Assembly: GCF_006345805.1 (NCBI RefSeq)
Contig: NC_043012.1
Coordinates: forward strand, 47,368,001 to 47,432,000
Reading direction: 5' to 3'
Source: Octopus sinensis
Taxonomy: Eukaryota
DNA: 64,000 nucleotides
Part shown: one piece after another, positions 13,626 to 25,927 of the stretch
Numbering within the stretch: the stretch's first letter is position 1
Layout of the letters: each line of letters opens with the position of its first letter
The notes under the pieces: model-generated
Databases searched by the model: none
Seen by the model: only the letters and a program-made list of their open reading frames with translations
What the model was told of the DNA's origin: nothing
Translations under genes and position numbers: made by a program

Positions 13626-14909
13626 GGTCAAGTCCCAGAATATGTAGGTATACAGAGCAGAGAGTGAAAGTGGAAGAGAGCTTGCTTTTGGCATGATGTA
13701 TAATCCGGCAAATGTGGGGAAACCGTATTGCTTTTACGTAAATGACGTGTTTCATTTCATTTACAGACAAACCAGTCTCATGTGCGTTTGTGCACGTTTG
13801 ATGAGAGTGAAAAATATGCTTTCAAATCATGAGCACATTATACGTGTATTAATGCTCTTCGGGGATATGCACATACAGAAATATACACTAATATACGCCA
13901 CACACACACACACACACACAAATATACTTACGGGCATTCATTTTTATATTCCTATATGTGTTTCTAATGTTCCTTCATGTTCCTTCCCTGCCACTCTCTC
14001 ACTCTCTTTATACACACACATATACATATATACTTACATAGATGTATGTATATAAATTCATGCATATATATATATGTGTGTGTGTGTGTGAGAGTGTTTT
14101 TGTGTATGCATATCTATATACTCGTACGTATGTGCATAAATCCATATGCCTACACATACAAACGTACATATAATTACATACGTAACTAGATGTAGATATA
14201 TTGCATTTATAAGCCTTGATTTAATTTTGAAACTTCTCTAACCTATTTCCTATCAATGAAGTTCATAACCTAATCAAAATGGTGGTACGTTACTGAGATA
14301 CGTATGTCCGTCTCCTTTCCTCTTCAAGTTAAATGTACGTTTGATGTTAATCGAATTAGCCAGGAGAGGAATGTTCTATCCTAACTTGCCTTAATATATT
14401 TATAAAATTTTCAGCTGTGTACAACACACTATACATATCTCACTGGAGTAAGTATGACACAAGCTAAAAAGATGCGATTTCTCAGAATTCGGAGTTGTAT
14501 ATTATCTCTGCATCTTACTTGATAGACTATGCTTACGCGCATGCGCGTGAATAAGGAAAGGAAATTGTTCGAACTATTGTGAAATGTACGTGTGTATGTG
14601 AGTGTGTGTTTGTGTGTGTGTGTTTGTGTGTGTTTGTGTGTGTGGTGTGTGTGTGTGTGTGTGTTGTGTGTGTGAAAATCTATATATATATGAATTTGTT
14701 TTGTAAGATTCTTCATGTGAAATCCTAACTCGAAACTTATGTTCTTATACTTAGGGACTGTCACATTTTGCCAGTTAAACACACTATTTATTTGGTATTT
14801 AGTTCAGCTATATTATAATAGATATTATTATTATCATAATTATTTTTTTATTGCTACTACCAGAGACAGCCGGCGTTGCTTGGGACTAAAATGACATAGT
14901 TTTTTTTTA

Positions 14910-15110
14910 TTGTTTTACTTATTTCAGTCATGTGACAGCGGCCATGATGGCACACCGCCATTAATCGAACAAATAGACTCTGTGAATTATTCGTTGTCAG
15001 CCGAGTACTTATTCTATCGGTGATTTTGCCCAACCACTTCGATACGCAGACGTAGGCACAAAAACATCGGTTGTTTAATGAAGGTGGGGGTACAAACACA
15101 CAGGCACATA
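14910..15110 (-). mobile_element. SINE family A, 3' half
   Basis: Reverse complement of the family A 3' region (ttcagtcat...gcggccatg...gtacttattctatcgg...acaaacacaca). Confidence 0.7.
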
Positions 15111-15235
<125 letters not shown>

Positions 15236-15252
15236 TTATATATATATATATA

Positions 15253-15451
15253 GTTAATCCAAACATGAAAACACAAACAGTAAACACAACGCGAGGCCGC
15301 GGAACAATTATAGTATTATTGGACGCTCAGAAAGGAAGGGAAGGAGGGTTTAACGTTTCGAGCGGAGCTCTTCGTCAAAACATAGGAAGAGGAAAGATCC
15401 AAAGAAGGGAAGAATGAGGAAAAAAATCGTCAACGGTACACACGCGGTCAC
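15253..15451 (-). mobile_element. ~200-bp microsatellite-embedded element with hammerhead-like motif (family H2), copy 1
   Basis: Same sequence as the copies at 16406, 30330, 42060, 59744 and 60123. The minus strand 15348-15381 reads gttt-TGACGA-A-GAGC-tcc-GCTC-GAAA-CGTT-aaac (core variant). Confidence 0.8.
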
Positions 15452-15528
<77 letters not shown>

Positions 15529-15530
15529 TA

Positions 15531-15948
15531 GGCGTAGGAGTGGCTGTGTGGTAAGTAGCTTGCTTACCAACCACATGGTTCCGGGTTCAGTACCACTGCG
15601 TGGCATCTTGGGCAGGTGTCTTCTACCATTGCCTCGGGCCGACCAAAGTATTCGACCCGAGTGAAATTGGAAGACGGAAACTAAAAGAAGCCCGTCGTAT
15701 ATATGCATATATATATTTATATATATATGTGTGTGTATACTTTTGTGTGTCTGTGTTTGTCCCCCTAACATCGCCTGACAACCGATACTGGTGTGTAACG
15801 TCCCCGTAACTTAGCGGTTAAGAAAAAGTGACCGATAGAATAAGTACTAAGCTTACAAAGTCCTGGGGTAGATTTGCTCAACTAAAAGCGGTGCTCCAGC
15901 ATGGCCACAATCAAATGCCTGAAAAAGTAAAAGAGTAAAGAGTAAAGA
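15531..15948 (+). mobile_element. Full-length tRNA/CORE-like SINE, family A
   Basis: Head ggcgtaggagtggctgtgtggtaag...gggttcagtacc, CORE-like gcgtggcatcttgggcagg, an internal (TA)/(TG) microsatellite, and an (AAAGAGT)-like tail. Confidence 0.9.
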
Positions 15949-15979
15949 TATATACATACATACACACACGCACACACAT

Positions 15980-16024
<45 letters not shown>

Positions 16025-16054
16025 ACATACATACATGTGGTTAAAATAGCCGCT

Positions 16055-16324
16055 TTTATTGTTTTACTTGTTTCACTCATGTGAATGCGACCATGCTGGA
16101 CTACCTCGCTTAGTCAATCGACCCCCAGTATTTATTCTTTGTAAGCATAGTACTTCTTCCATCGGCTTCTTTTTACGTGGACGTAAACACAACAATATCG
16201 GTTGCCAAACGATGGTGGCGGTACAGACACAGACACACATACACACATAAATATAAGCATATATACGACAGTTTTCTCTCAGTTTCCGTGTATGAAATAC
16301 ACCCACAAGGCTTTGGTCGGCGTG
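16055..16324 (-). mobile_element. SINE family A, 5'-truncated, degenerate
   Basis: Reverse complement of the family A body and 3' end. Confidence 0.75.
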
Positions 16325-16332
16325 ATGCGATA

Positions 16333-16388
<56 letters not shown>

Positions 16389-16405
16389 CTATATATATAT
16401 ATATA

Positions 16406-16605
16406 GTTAATCCAAACGAGAAAACACCAAAAAACACAACAGCGCGAGGACGTGGAATAAATATAGTATTATTGGACGCTCAGGAAAGAAGGGAAGAAGG
16501 AGGGTTTAACGTTTCGAGCGGAGCTCTTCGTCGGAAACATAGGAGAAGGAAAGATCCAGAGAAGGAAGACAGAGGGAAAAAAATCGCGAACGGTACACAC
16601 GAGAT

Positions 16606-16606
<1 letters not shown>
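16406..16606 (-). mobile_element. Family H2 copy 2
   Basis: (TA)n on the left and (CA)n/(TA)n on the right. The minus strand 16504-16538 reads gttt-CCGACGA-A-GAGC-tcc-GCTC-GAAA-CGTT-aaac. Confidence 0.85.
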
Positions 16607-16683
<77 letters not shown>

Positions 16684-16691
16684 AATGTATG

Positions 16692-16744
<53 letters not shown>

Positions 16745-16746
<2 letters not shown>

Positions 16747-17657
16747 CAAATCAAATTGCGATAAAATAAAAATAATTATAATCGCTGGTATTACTAACAC
16801 AAGCCATATATTTTTCATATATCAGTACACTAAGGCGAAATTTGTGCTAGGAATACAGAAGCTTGATAAATTAAGTGAAATGAAGATAAAAACATTTACT
16901 AAACCGGTAAATTCTCAGACTGCAGTTTCTTTCTTTTCAGCAATAAAGATAATTTATTTGCCCAGGGAGAATTCTTCAGTGAGACCCTGTTTTTCTGGGA
17001 TCCTAACTCACTAGAAGCATGTGCGTCTAATGATTAACTCTTCCTAACTAATCATATCACTGCGCAGACTCCGAACGTCCCGACAACACTAGGGAATTCT
17101 GGTATAACGCCTGGCGCTCATAATTTATCGAGAAATATGTAAACAAATCAAATTGCGATAAAATAAAAATAATTATAATCGCTGGTATTACTAACACAAG
17201 CCATATATTTTTCATATATCAGTACATTAAGGCGAAATTTGTGCTAGGAATACAGAAGCTTGATAAATTAAGTGAAATGAAGATAAAAACATTTACTAAA
17301 CCGGTAAATTCTCAGACTGCAGTTTCTTTCTTTTCAGCAATAAAGATAATTTATTCGCCCAGGGAGAATTCTTCAGTGAGACCCTGTTTTTCTGGGATCC
17401 TAACTCACTAGAAGCATGTGCGTCTAATGATTTACTCTTCCTAACTAATCATATCACTGCGCAGACTCCGAACGTCCCGACAACACTAGGGAATTCTGGT
17501 ATAACGCCTGGCGCTCATAATTTATCGAGAAATATGTAAACAAATCAAATTGCGATAAAATAAAAATAATTATAATCGCTGGTATTACTAACACAAGCCA
17601 TATATTTTTCATATATCAGTACATTAAGGCGAAATTTGTGCTAGGAATACAGAAGCT

Positions 17658-17658
<1 letters not shown>
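16745..17658. repeat. Tandem repeat, 397-bp unit x ~2.3
   Basis: The unit start caaatcaaattgcg recurs at 16747, 17144 and 17541. I see 3 substitutions between copies 1 and 2. (TA)n lies on both sides. Confidence 0.95.
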
Positions 17659-17694
<36 letters not shown>

Positions 17695-17697
17695 ATC

Positions 17698-17733
<36 letters not shown>

Positions 17734-18287
17734 CACACACTCATACACACACGGTCACAGGAAGCAAACATTGGATTGAAGGAACTGAACAGTGGTATAA
17801 ATGTCAACACAATTTTTTCTCCTTCCTATCTTCCTTCTTTCTTCCCTTCTCTATCAACACCCATTTCAGATACACAGTCATCCATACACACACGCGTACA
17901 TACACTCACACACACACACATTGATAAAAAGAAATCCAGACAATTTCTTGAAAAGTGACATTTTGCCCCCGTAGGAGTGACCAGCTGGGTTTGCCATTTC
18001 AAAAAGCCAAGAAACATTTACTATTGAAAGACTGAGCAGCTGCAAAGATATCGACAATTTTTTCTACTTTCTCTCCTTCCTTTCCTTCTCTTTTTCTTTA
18101 ACACTTCATTCAGATACAAACACACACATACACACACCCGCTCTCTCTTTCACTTTCTCCCCATTCCTCACCCTCTTGCACTATTTTATATCTCTACCCA
18201 CCCCAACACACTCAATAATACCATAGAAAAAGACAAAATTCCTGCAAAAGTTCAATTTGACAACTTCACTAGAGTGGACGAAAGCGC

Positions 18288-18414
18288 TATATTATTATAT
18301 ATGATATATAAAAACATGTAACATAGTAATAAATATCTGTAAATATAAAACCATCCGGATTTCTGAGTAACTTATTTCTTCTAAAATATAATACCCGTAC
18401 ATCATCTCCAAACC

Positions 18415-18422
<8 letters not shown>
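18288..18422. repeat. Half copy of the palindromic family at 62304-62640
   Basis: aataaatatctgtaaatataaaaccatcc...tttcttcta...gtacatcatctccaaacctt is shared with 62540-62635 and abuts (TA)n. Confidence 0.8.
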
Positions 18423-18455
<33 letters not shown>

Positions 18456-18475
18456 AGATTATTATTATTATTATT

Positions 18476-19026
18476 GAGAGAGCAGTTCATGCCATCAAAG
18501 GGACACTGGGGTAAAATATACGAAGCCCAACATACCCATCATGACTACCCATCTGATAAGGGTACACCAGGCACATGCATCACAACCATATGTGCGCGAC
18601 ATGGTGATCTCATAAAAACATAAACAGCACATGAACTTGCAGGTGGGGCCCAGTTAGAATTTTCTTCTGGTTGAGTAGCCCATCTCGCTCAAAAGGTCCC
18701 TGAAGAAGGGTTGTTTAAGGATATTGAAAGAACCACCCATGTTTCCAGAGGTGAATTATTCAATCCCCAAAGAATCCCTCTCAACACATGGCTATGATGT
18801 TCCCCCACTACTTCTGCTCGTGATCAGAGATGTACATATCGTCAGCCACTAAGGGACATGCTCAACTGGTTAAAGTCAAACAACTGACAAGCAAATCTGT
18901 GGTATTGAGCAGAATATTTGCAGTAGCCCATCTTTTATACCAAGACAAATCAATGTACATGATAACACTTCCAATCAGTTAAGATCAGAAGCCATGAGAG
19001 CCACTGCCTGGTACTGCATCAGGGCA
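18476..19026. mobile_element. ~550-bp non-coding interspersed element flanked by (TTA)n
   Basis: (TTA)n on both sides. A diverged, internally deleted homolog lies at 27322-27740. No coding motif. Confidence 0.7.
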
Positions 19027-19028
19027 TG

Positions 19029-19052
19029 TTATTATTATTTTTATTGTTATTG

Positions 19053-19138
<86 letters not shown>

Positions 19139-19143
19139 ATTAT
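19029..19143. repeat. (TTA)n microsatellite
   Basis: Directly visible. Confidence 0.95.
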
Positions 19144-20418
19144 TGTTACTTTTTTTTTCTTCTTTCAGATTTGCTTCCATTTCTTGCCGAATGTCTTCCC
19201 GACTCCTAGGGCAAAGAAACTCATAGTATACGTTGGTAGGCCATTAAACCAAACTCAATAGTTCGTTCATTTAAAAAAAAAAAATTTTTTTAGGTTAAAT
19301 TAACATACATGATCAGCAACAGTTCTCACATCGACAATGCTCTTCTCAATACGTGTGATGTACCAGTTAAGACAATCTTTTGCACTTCTTGCAGGGATGG
19401 TAACCCAGGGATCATTCTCATATAATTTTCGGTTCCCTTCTTGATCATTCCTAGTGCTCCTACGATTACTGGTATTGTAACCGCCTTGAGATGCCACATT
19501 TTCTCAATTTCAATGAGTAGGTCATTATATTTTCTGAGCTTGTCAAACTCTTTCGCTGAGATATTATGATCACAGGGGATGCTCATATCGATCAATAAGC
19601 AAACTTTATTTTTTTGGTCTTTTACAACAATATCTGGTTTATTGGCCTTGATGGTTCGGTCTGTATGTACTGGAAAGTCCCACAGAATGGTTACATTTTC
19701 TCCTTCAGTTACAGCCTCAGGGTGGTGATTATACCACTTGTCGGCAGTTTTGATATTGTAATGCGACTTATTAGCCAGTGTAGATATTGGCCAACTCTGT
19801 CATGTCTTAATTTATACTCCACTGGTGCTAAGACTTTACATCCAGAGATTAGGTGGTCCACTGTTCAATCATGTCGTTGCAGAATCGGCATTTTGGGTCT
19901 GCTCCTTTTTTCATCACATTGGCCTGGTAGTTCCGGGTTAATAGGCTTTGATCTTGAACAGCCAGGATGAAACCTTCGCTCTCTGCTTTTAGCCCTGAGC
20001 TCCGTATCCACTGATGGGTTTGCTTCTGGTCAACATCAGCTTGTTTGCTGCGGGTCACTTATTTGCCGTGCAGAGGTTTCTCCTCCCACCTATCAGCCAA
20101 TTGCTCGTGCGCTTTTTTCATTGTCATCATTTTCACCTTCTTTGCAACAATAGTTGCCGTACTTCCCTCGGGTTGTTCAGTTTGGGTATCCTGCACGAGA
20201 TCAATAGCAAATTTTTTGGTTTCCTTTATGATAGAATGAAGCTTCTTTCGTCTCTCGTGATTTTCCACGAGCTTTAGCATCCAGTCATTCGATATTTCGA
20301 GATATTTGGCCAGTCCAATTGTGGTTGTTTTGTAAGCTAGTTCAAATTGGATCAGGCCTCGACCTACTTGGGCTCTGGGAAGGTAAAGGCGATCTACGTC
20401 TACCTTTGGGTGGTGCAT
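19144..20418 (-). mobile_element. R4/Dong-like non-LTR retrotransposon, 5'-truncated (RT C-terminus, CCHC knuckle, restriction-like endonuclease)
   Basis: Track ORFs HPKVDVDRLYLPR..GRGL...KPLHGK; WIRSSGLKAESEGFILAVQDQSL..CRFC; IDMSIPCD...EFDKLRKYNDL...IPVIVGALG. The 3' end abuts (TAA)n. Frameshifted. Confidence 0.9.
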
Positions 20419-20567
20419 CCAGTGCGTAACTGGTACTTATTTAATCGACCCCGAAAGGATGAAAGGCAAAGTCGACCTCGGCGGAATTTCAATTCAGAAC
20501 GTAACGGCAGACGAAATACCGCTAAGCATTTCGCCTGGCGTGCTAACGTTTCTGCCAGCTCACCGCC
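20419..20567 (-). mobile_element. SINE family B, 5' part, fused to the R4-like fragment
   Basis: Minus strand ggcggtgagctggcagaaacgttagc...gtaccagttacgcactgg runs directly into the LINE sequence. Confidence 0.9.
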
Positions 20568-20615
20568 CTCTAGTATATACTACTGAAAGAGAAAGGGGGG
20601 GATAGAGGCGGAAAG

Positions 20616-20698
20616 GAAGAAGAAGAAGAAGAAGAAGAAGTAGAAGAAGAAGAAGAAGAAGAAGAAAAGAAGAAGAAGAAGAAGAAGAAGAAGAAGAA

Positions 20699-20730
<32 letters not shown>

Positions 20731-20740
20731 AGAAGAAGAA
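20616..20740. repeat. (GAA)n polypurine tract
   Basis: Directly visible, ~125 bp. Confidence 0.95.
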
Positions 20741-22114
20741 ATGATCGAGTTATTGAGCGACTTCTTTTGAATTATGCTATTCGTTAAAACTTAAAGCTAC
20801 ATATACAATCTGTTCTCTATTGGAATTGGAATTTAATGCTGATTAATGTTATACTGTATTAAATCTGCTCTAAGTTTTCAATCGTATATAATACAAGAAT
20901 TAGACACGGCCTTAACATTCGATCGTGGAACAAATTCTTACATCTATATTTTGGGTCATTTTCTTATTGCACATGTTCACGGGTCTAATTTGATATAGAA
21001 ATACAGCGACCCTTATCTAACTCAGATTCATTGATACAGGCTGGAAGAAGAGCATCTTATCTTCAGTCCATGGGCCGATCGGAATAGGTGCAGCAGTTGG
21101 AACTTGACTTAATGTAATCCAGAAACAGGTAGTAGCGTTAAGCTTTACTCCGAAACACACACACATATTGAAAGATAGATGATGATGTGAAATTGCAACG
21201 GATAGTAGTATCGCCAAAAATATCTATTTTAAATTTAGTTAAGCGAATGAATTTTGATATATCAATACATATATTCTCAGAATGTTATGTAGCTACTTCA
21301 TCGCCATCACTACCACATTTCCCAGTTACCGATGTCTCATTTGATCTATCAACAAAATATTTCACCAATTTCCCAAGATTGTTCTGCAAATAATTCAAAA
21401 TATCTCGTTTGTTTTATGCGCGATTTTTATTAATACACTGTAATATTGTTTTCTCTGTCATGATGCATCGTGGTTACTGGTTTTCTTATTTCCGATTCAA
21501 TCATGCGTCTTGGCTTCATCTAATATTAATGTGTAATTCTATTAGTAAATCTTCCAGCTGCAAACAGTTAGAGCAAACGACATCTCACTTCCATCACAAC
21601 CAATACTACTAACGCATTTGCTGATTCTGTTTGTAGTAGCAGTAGTAGTAGTAGGAGGAGGAGGAGGAGGAGGTAGAGGAAGGAGGAGGAGGGGGAGCAG
21701 GGGCGGCGGTGAAGTGTCAGCAGGAGAGAGCGGGATTGAGGTAAGCAGCTAAGAAGCCACGTGTGACGAGGACGAATGTACCATATTACACCAAGATACG
21801 TTCTATAAATGTAATGGTGAGGTTTCGAGTCTCCACACGTACAATATAGTACGTGTGAATTCTGATGACGCCCTTTCATACTGAAGTAGAATTTTGTGGA
21901 TCGATTATCCATAACAAATTGTCCAGTTCAAAATATTACTCTCGATGCCTCTCTCATATTTTATTCAATATTTCAATTACATAGTAATTTGTACAATCTT
22001 CTCTTTCGAAAGATTTAATTCTCGATTTTACCAGACGATTGCAAACGAGAGAGGGAAGGGTGGTTCACCACTGATAACAAACCATCGCTAAACAGATAAT
22101 TTTCATCATCACAA

Positions 22115-22328
22115 GGCGGTGAGCTGGCAGAATCGTCAGCACGCCGGGCAAAATGTTTTGCAGCATTTCGTTCGTCTTTACGTTCTGAGTTCAAACTCCA
22201 TCTAGATCGACTTTGCCTTTTATCCCTGTGAGATTGATTAATAAATTCCAGTTGAACAGTGGGGTTAAGCTAATCGACTTATGCCCTCCTTGGAATTGCT
22301 GGCCTTTATCCAAGATCTGAAACCAATA
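22115..22328 (+). mobile_element. SINE family B
   Basis: ggcggtgagctggcagaatcgtcagcacgccgggcaaaatg...gagttcaaactcc (A/B-box-like head). Confidence 0.85.
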
Positions 22329-22399
22329 TTTCTTTATAATTTTTCTATTAGCCAACGAATGAATTGCTGTACACACACATACTATAGAAATGTGTAAGT

Positions 22400-22492
22400 T
22401 TTAGGCCTAGGAACAAACACCATTAGATGTGATTGGTATGATGTATTTAGGCCTAGGAACAAACACCATAGATGTGATTGGTATGATGTATT
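22400..22492. repeat. 46-bp tandem duplication
   Basis: tttaggcctaggaacaaacacca(t)tagatgtgattggtatgatgta occurs twice, with a 1-nt indel. Confidence 0.9.
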
Positions 22493-23482
22493 CTGCTTCA
22501 ATTAGAGATGACAATTGCTAATCTCGTAGCTTGACCAACATTTTGAAGTATGCGTTTAAAAAGATATGAGTCGTATTTTGTTAATGTGGTGGAGGCACAT
22601 GTTATCGAATTGGGGTTATCGAATGGCAATTATTTTCTCGTGCCTTAAAGTATGTGTGTTAGCTCTGACAACGTAGTCTAGTGCTCCACGTATATTTCTT
22701 CAGAGGCCAATCTTATCGCCGGCAAGGCGACTGCTATGCCTTGCCTATGCTCCTTTCCAACACAAATCGATTCTGTGTTTTAAGCAAATGACCTTTGATT
22801 GCTGTTGCTGCCGGCGTCAACGCTTGCTTAACTAATTTGTTAATTTAGTTTGTTTTCCGGCTTGGTGTGTATGAAAATTGCGATCGGTTTCCAGTAAACA
22901 AGTTCCTGTATACAAATCGTTTTTTTTTTAATCATATAGATCCAAAATCTATAGTCTGTGAAGATGTGATTTTAGAATATGGATAACCGGCGATATACTT
23001 ATTTACAGACTAAGTAAATACTATGTATATATGAATTAGATGATCTGTGAGTTTCGGTTCATGTCCATATTAGCACATTCGGGAAGCTCAGTCCGTACCT
23101 GTTAGAGAATTGGCAAAGTCTGGGCAGGTTTCTGAAGATTTGTACCTCATTCTCATGTCAGCTAACTTCATAGAATCCAAATGTCTATCCAGTATGGCGT
23201 TACAATCGTGGTACATTCCGCGGAAAACAAATGCATGATGAGGCATAGATAGCTACAAGTCTGACAAGAACTATTTGTTGCTGTTTACGCCCAGCGTCCT
23301 TAAATAACTCCCTTGTTTCTGAAGATAGTGTGTATCAAGACATCCAGGCTCTCGGGTACCATAAAGACATTCCTTTTCCTAGGTCGTGGTGCGCCTGGGA
23401 GGTGTGGAAACACCGTATCCACCGAAACTATGCGTAAATGTTCGTGAATCGGTGATTCTTCTCTAGCTATGAGGCCAGCCCA

Positions 23483-24458
23483 TATATTGTGTCTTCCCAT
23501 AAATAATACTGTTTTTTCACTTGCATGAAATTAAACTCGGAGAAGGCCGGGATAAGCTACGTGCACAAACTTGCTATAAAAGCTGGTATTAATTTTACAT
23601 TGTACTTATTCTTAGTGAAAGTTTTGATGAGTGCAGTTCGATTTTAACAGTTATTTTTTCAAAGTTATAATGGGAGTGACAAATGAGCATATTCGTCATA
23701 TTTTGCTTTGTGAGTTCGATAAAGGCAACATCACAACGGAAAGTGCGAGGAATATTAATGCAGTAGATAGCGATCGGACAATAAGCATAAACCAGTATCA
23801 ACGGTGGTTCCAGAAATCGCAAGCCCGAAACTACAGCCTAGAAGACGAGGACGTTCTGCAAACTCTGGTAGAACAAAATCTTATAATAACTGTTGAGGAA
23901 CTAGCAGGGAAGCTTGGATTTGGTCATTCAACTATTCATCGACATCTGCGTGCTACCGCAAAAGTCAGAATATTGGGTCAATGGGTTCCTCAGAAACTTT
24001 CCCAGTTTAATCGTGCACAGCGAATGAATGTGCGTTCTTCTTTGGTGTAACGTCTCACGAAACAGCTTAATTTGAACTGAAGAGTGTCTGGTACCGACAT
24101 ATGGCTTCTCTATAAAAATGTCAAGCGCCGATGACAGTAGGAAACAATTCCTTAGCCACCATATTCGAGAGACATTTCCCCATCTGATTATCATTTATTC
24201 CGCGGTTTTCAAATTCATTTGGATGGGAATAAAATGAATTATGTAGACGAGGTCAGAACAGTACTGGAGGAGAATTTTTCGCCACGGACAAGTGAATTTT
24301 GGAAGAATGGCCTTTCAAGTCTTCCAGATAGATATAAGAGCATTGTAAAAAATGAACGAGAGTATATTTCAGATAAAAAAGAACATTGTTTATCCTAAGT
24401 TAGAAAAGTGAAAGAAATATTTTTTAAAAACGCATTATTTATGTGACGGCCAAATATA
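23483..24458 (+). mobile_element. Internally deleted mariner transposon (decayed transposase)
   Basis: ORF 23631-24050 has MGVTNEHIRHILL..., an HTH-like GFGHSTIHRHL and WVPQKL (WVPHEL motif). PYSRDISPSDYHLF (YSPDL-type motif) lies at ~24158-24200. The right TIR ends at TA 24457-24458 and a degenerate left TIR lies at ~23483-23516. Confidence 0.85.
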
Positions 24459-25310
24459 ACTAGTGACCTAAGGACGTTAAGCAGGTGACCTACTTCCGTA
24501 GTGTCCCCCAGCAATATGCACCCATATAGCTCTTCTATGTAAGGTGATTAAAGGGAAAGAGGAAGGGTAGAAAGACCTCCTTATGTTATTTGTACGCAGA
24601 AAGAGGTATCTGACCATTTTTCTGATTGTGGATGTTTCAACAATAGTGCTGTAATGTTTGTTTTTGTTTATATTCACTGAGATATCTCCAACTCATTTGG
24701 CGTATTTATTTAAGATGTTGCGTGTGTGTTGTGATTTCTGAATGGTTTTCGAAGGTGCTGAAAAGCTATTGGCTAATGTAGTTACAGTGCGTGATGCTTG
24801 TATGTCGGTGTAGATGATCCATTCATTTTTATTGTTGGAGTTCGTAAAAGTGTAATTAATTTCTTTGTTTTTGTTCATGTTGGGCGTATGGCAGCACTGC
24901 TGTTTTGTGCTTGGAAATGTCGCGTCTAGGATATTAGTGGTAGTAAAGGGGTTGGTGGTGCTGATTGCATTGGTGGGTCGGTGTTGGTACATCGATGCTC
25001 AAAAGTCTCATTTATTTATTCATACCTGCCGGTTATTGTGTAGGTGTGTTTCAGTCTCCAATGTAGCTTATTTCAATGATCCTAAATAAGAAGGTTCATG
25101 TTATGGAGTTTCATTGTATTTTGTTTTGCTGTTGTTTGTGGACTTCCATTTGATGTAGTTGTTGATGTGCTTCTTGAGTATTTTGTTGCTATTGTAACTG
25201 CTGCTTAAAGTTTTCTAGCTGGAGCTGCAATTAATGTTGCTTACGTGTTGTTGTTGTTGTTGTTGCTGTTTCTGTTGCAGCTGAATTTATAGTGCTAGCA
25301 TTAGGCATAG

Positions 25311-25560
25311 CGTTGGCATAGCTTCCAGGTTATGTAAGTCTCAACTCTGTCGTGTCTGTGAATAAATTCCTCCAGGACTGGGCAGCCAGAGATAATATGA
25401 TTTATTGTTTCTTGTCCATCTCTACATATATCCTGCAGTTACTTGTTGTGTTTCTTTTCATTATATGTTTTTGGTAATTTCTGGTGGGGATGCTTTGGTC
25501 TTGTATTGCACTTAAAAATCCTTCAATCTCTGCTTTGAGTCCTGAGCTTCTCAACCACTG
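25311..25560 (-). mobile_element. Isolated R4-like zinc-knuckle fragment
   Basis: About 90% identical by eye to 26782-27029. Confidence 0.85.
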
Positions 25561-25927
25561 ACATTCTTAACTTGTTTTTGAGGCAGAAAACTTTGATTTA
25601 ACTAAAATTTCCACAGTTGTAGAATCGAGGCCTTCGACCTTCAGCTACAACAAAAATTTACAAAACTCCTCTGATCACTTTTAGCTCGAATAACATTGTC
25701 GAATGTCTCAGGTTTATCTTTAATCAGAATCAACCCTAATCCGACCTAATTTTCTCTAGAGAATGTTTAATTCCTAATAACTTACAAAAAGGTTACCCTT
25801 CAGTTCTTAAGGGTTCCGTGGTGTGTTTCTGGGCTAAGGTTTTCTTTTTAGAAAATACTTTGGATATAACCGAAAATATCGATTTGTTTGACAAAAGTAA
25901 TTTTTCTCAAAAGCTTCCGACGGATAT

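Noticed and set aside
13329-13770. Poly-Asp/Gly, poly-His and poly-Ile ORFs
   Set aside because: They are frames across the (GAT)n/(GGT)n tail of a decayed LINE. The same applies to 19026-19226 and 25992-26358.
16955-16980. CTGAAGA on the minus strand of the 397-bp unit as a hammerhead core
   Set aside because: It is followed by attctccctgggcgaataaa, with no stem II ending in GAAA and no stem I/III.
16745-17658. CRISPR-like or prokaryotic repeat-spacer array
   Set aside because: The units are contiguous 397-bp duplicates without spacers, in a eukaryotic context. I saw no such array anywhere in the window.
21000-21560. Possible decayed transposon coding sequence on the minus strand
   Set aside because: Open stretches with stops but no motif I can assign.
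24477-24992. RNase H-like words (IIYTDIQAS, AIWVHIAG)
   Set aside because: The spacing and the catalytic residues are not convincing, and the region is low-complexity.
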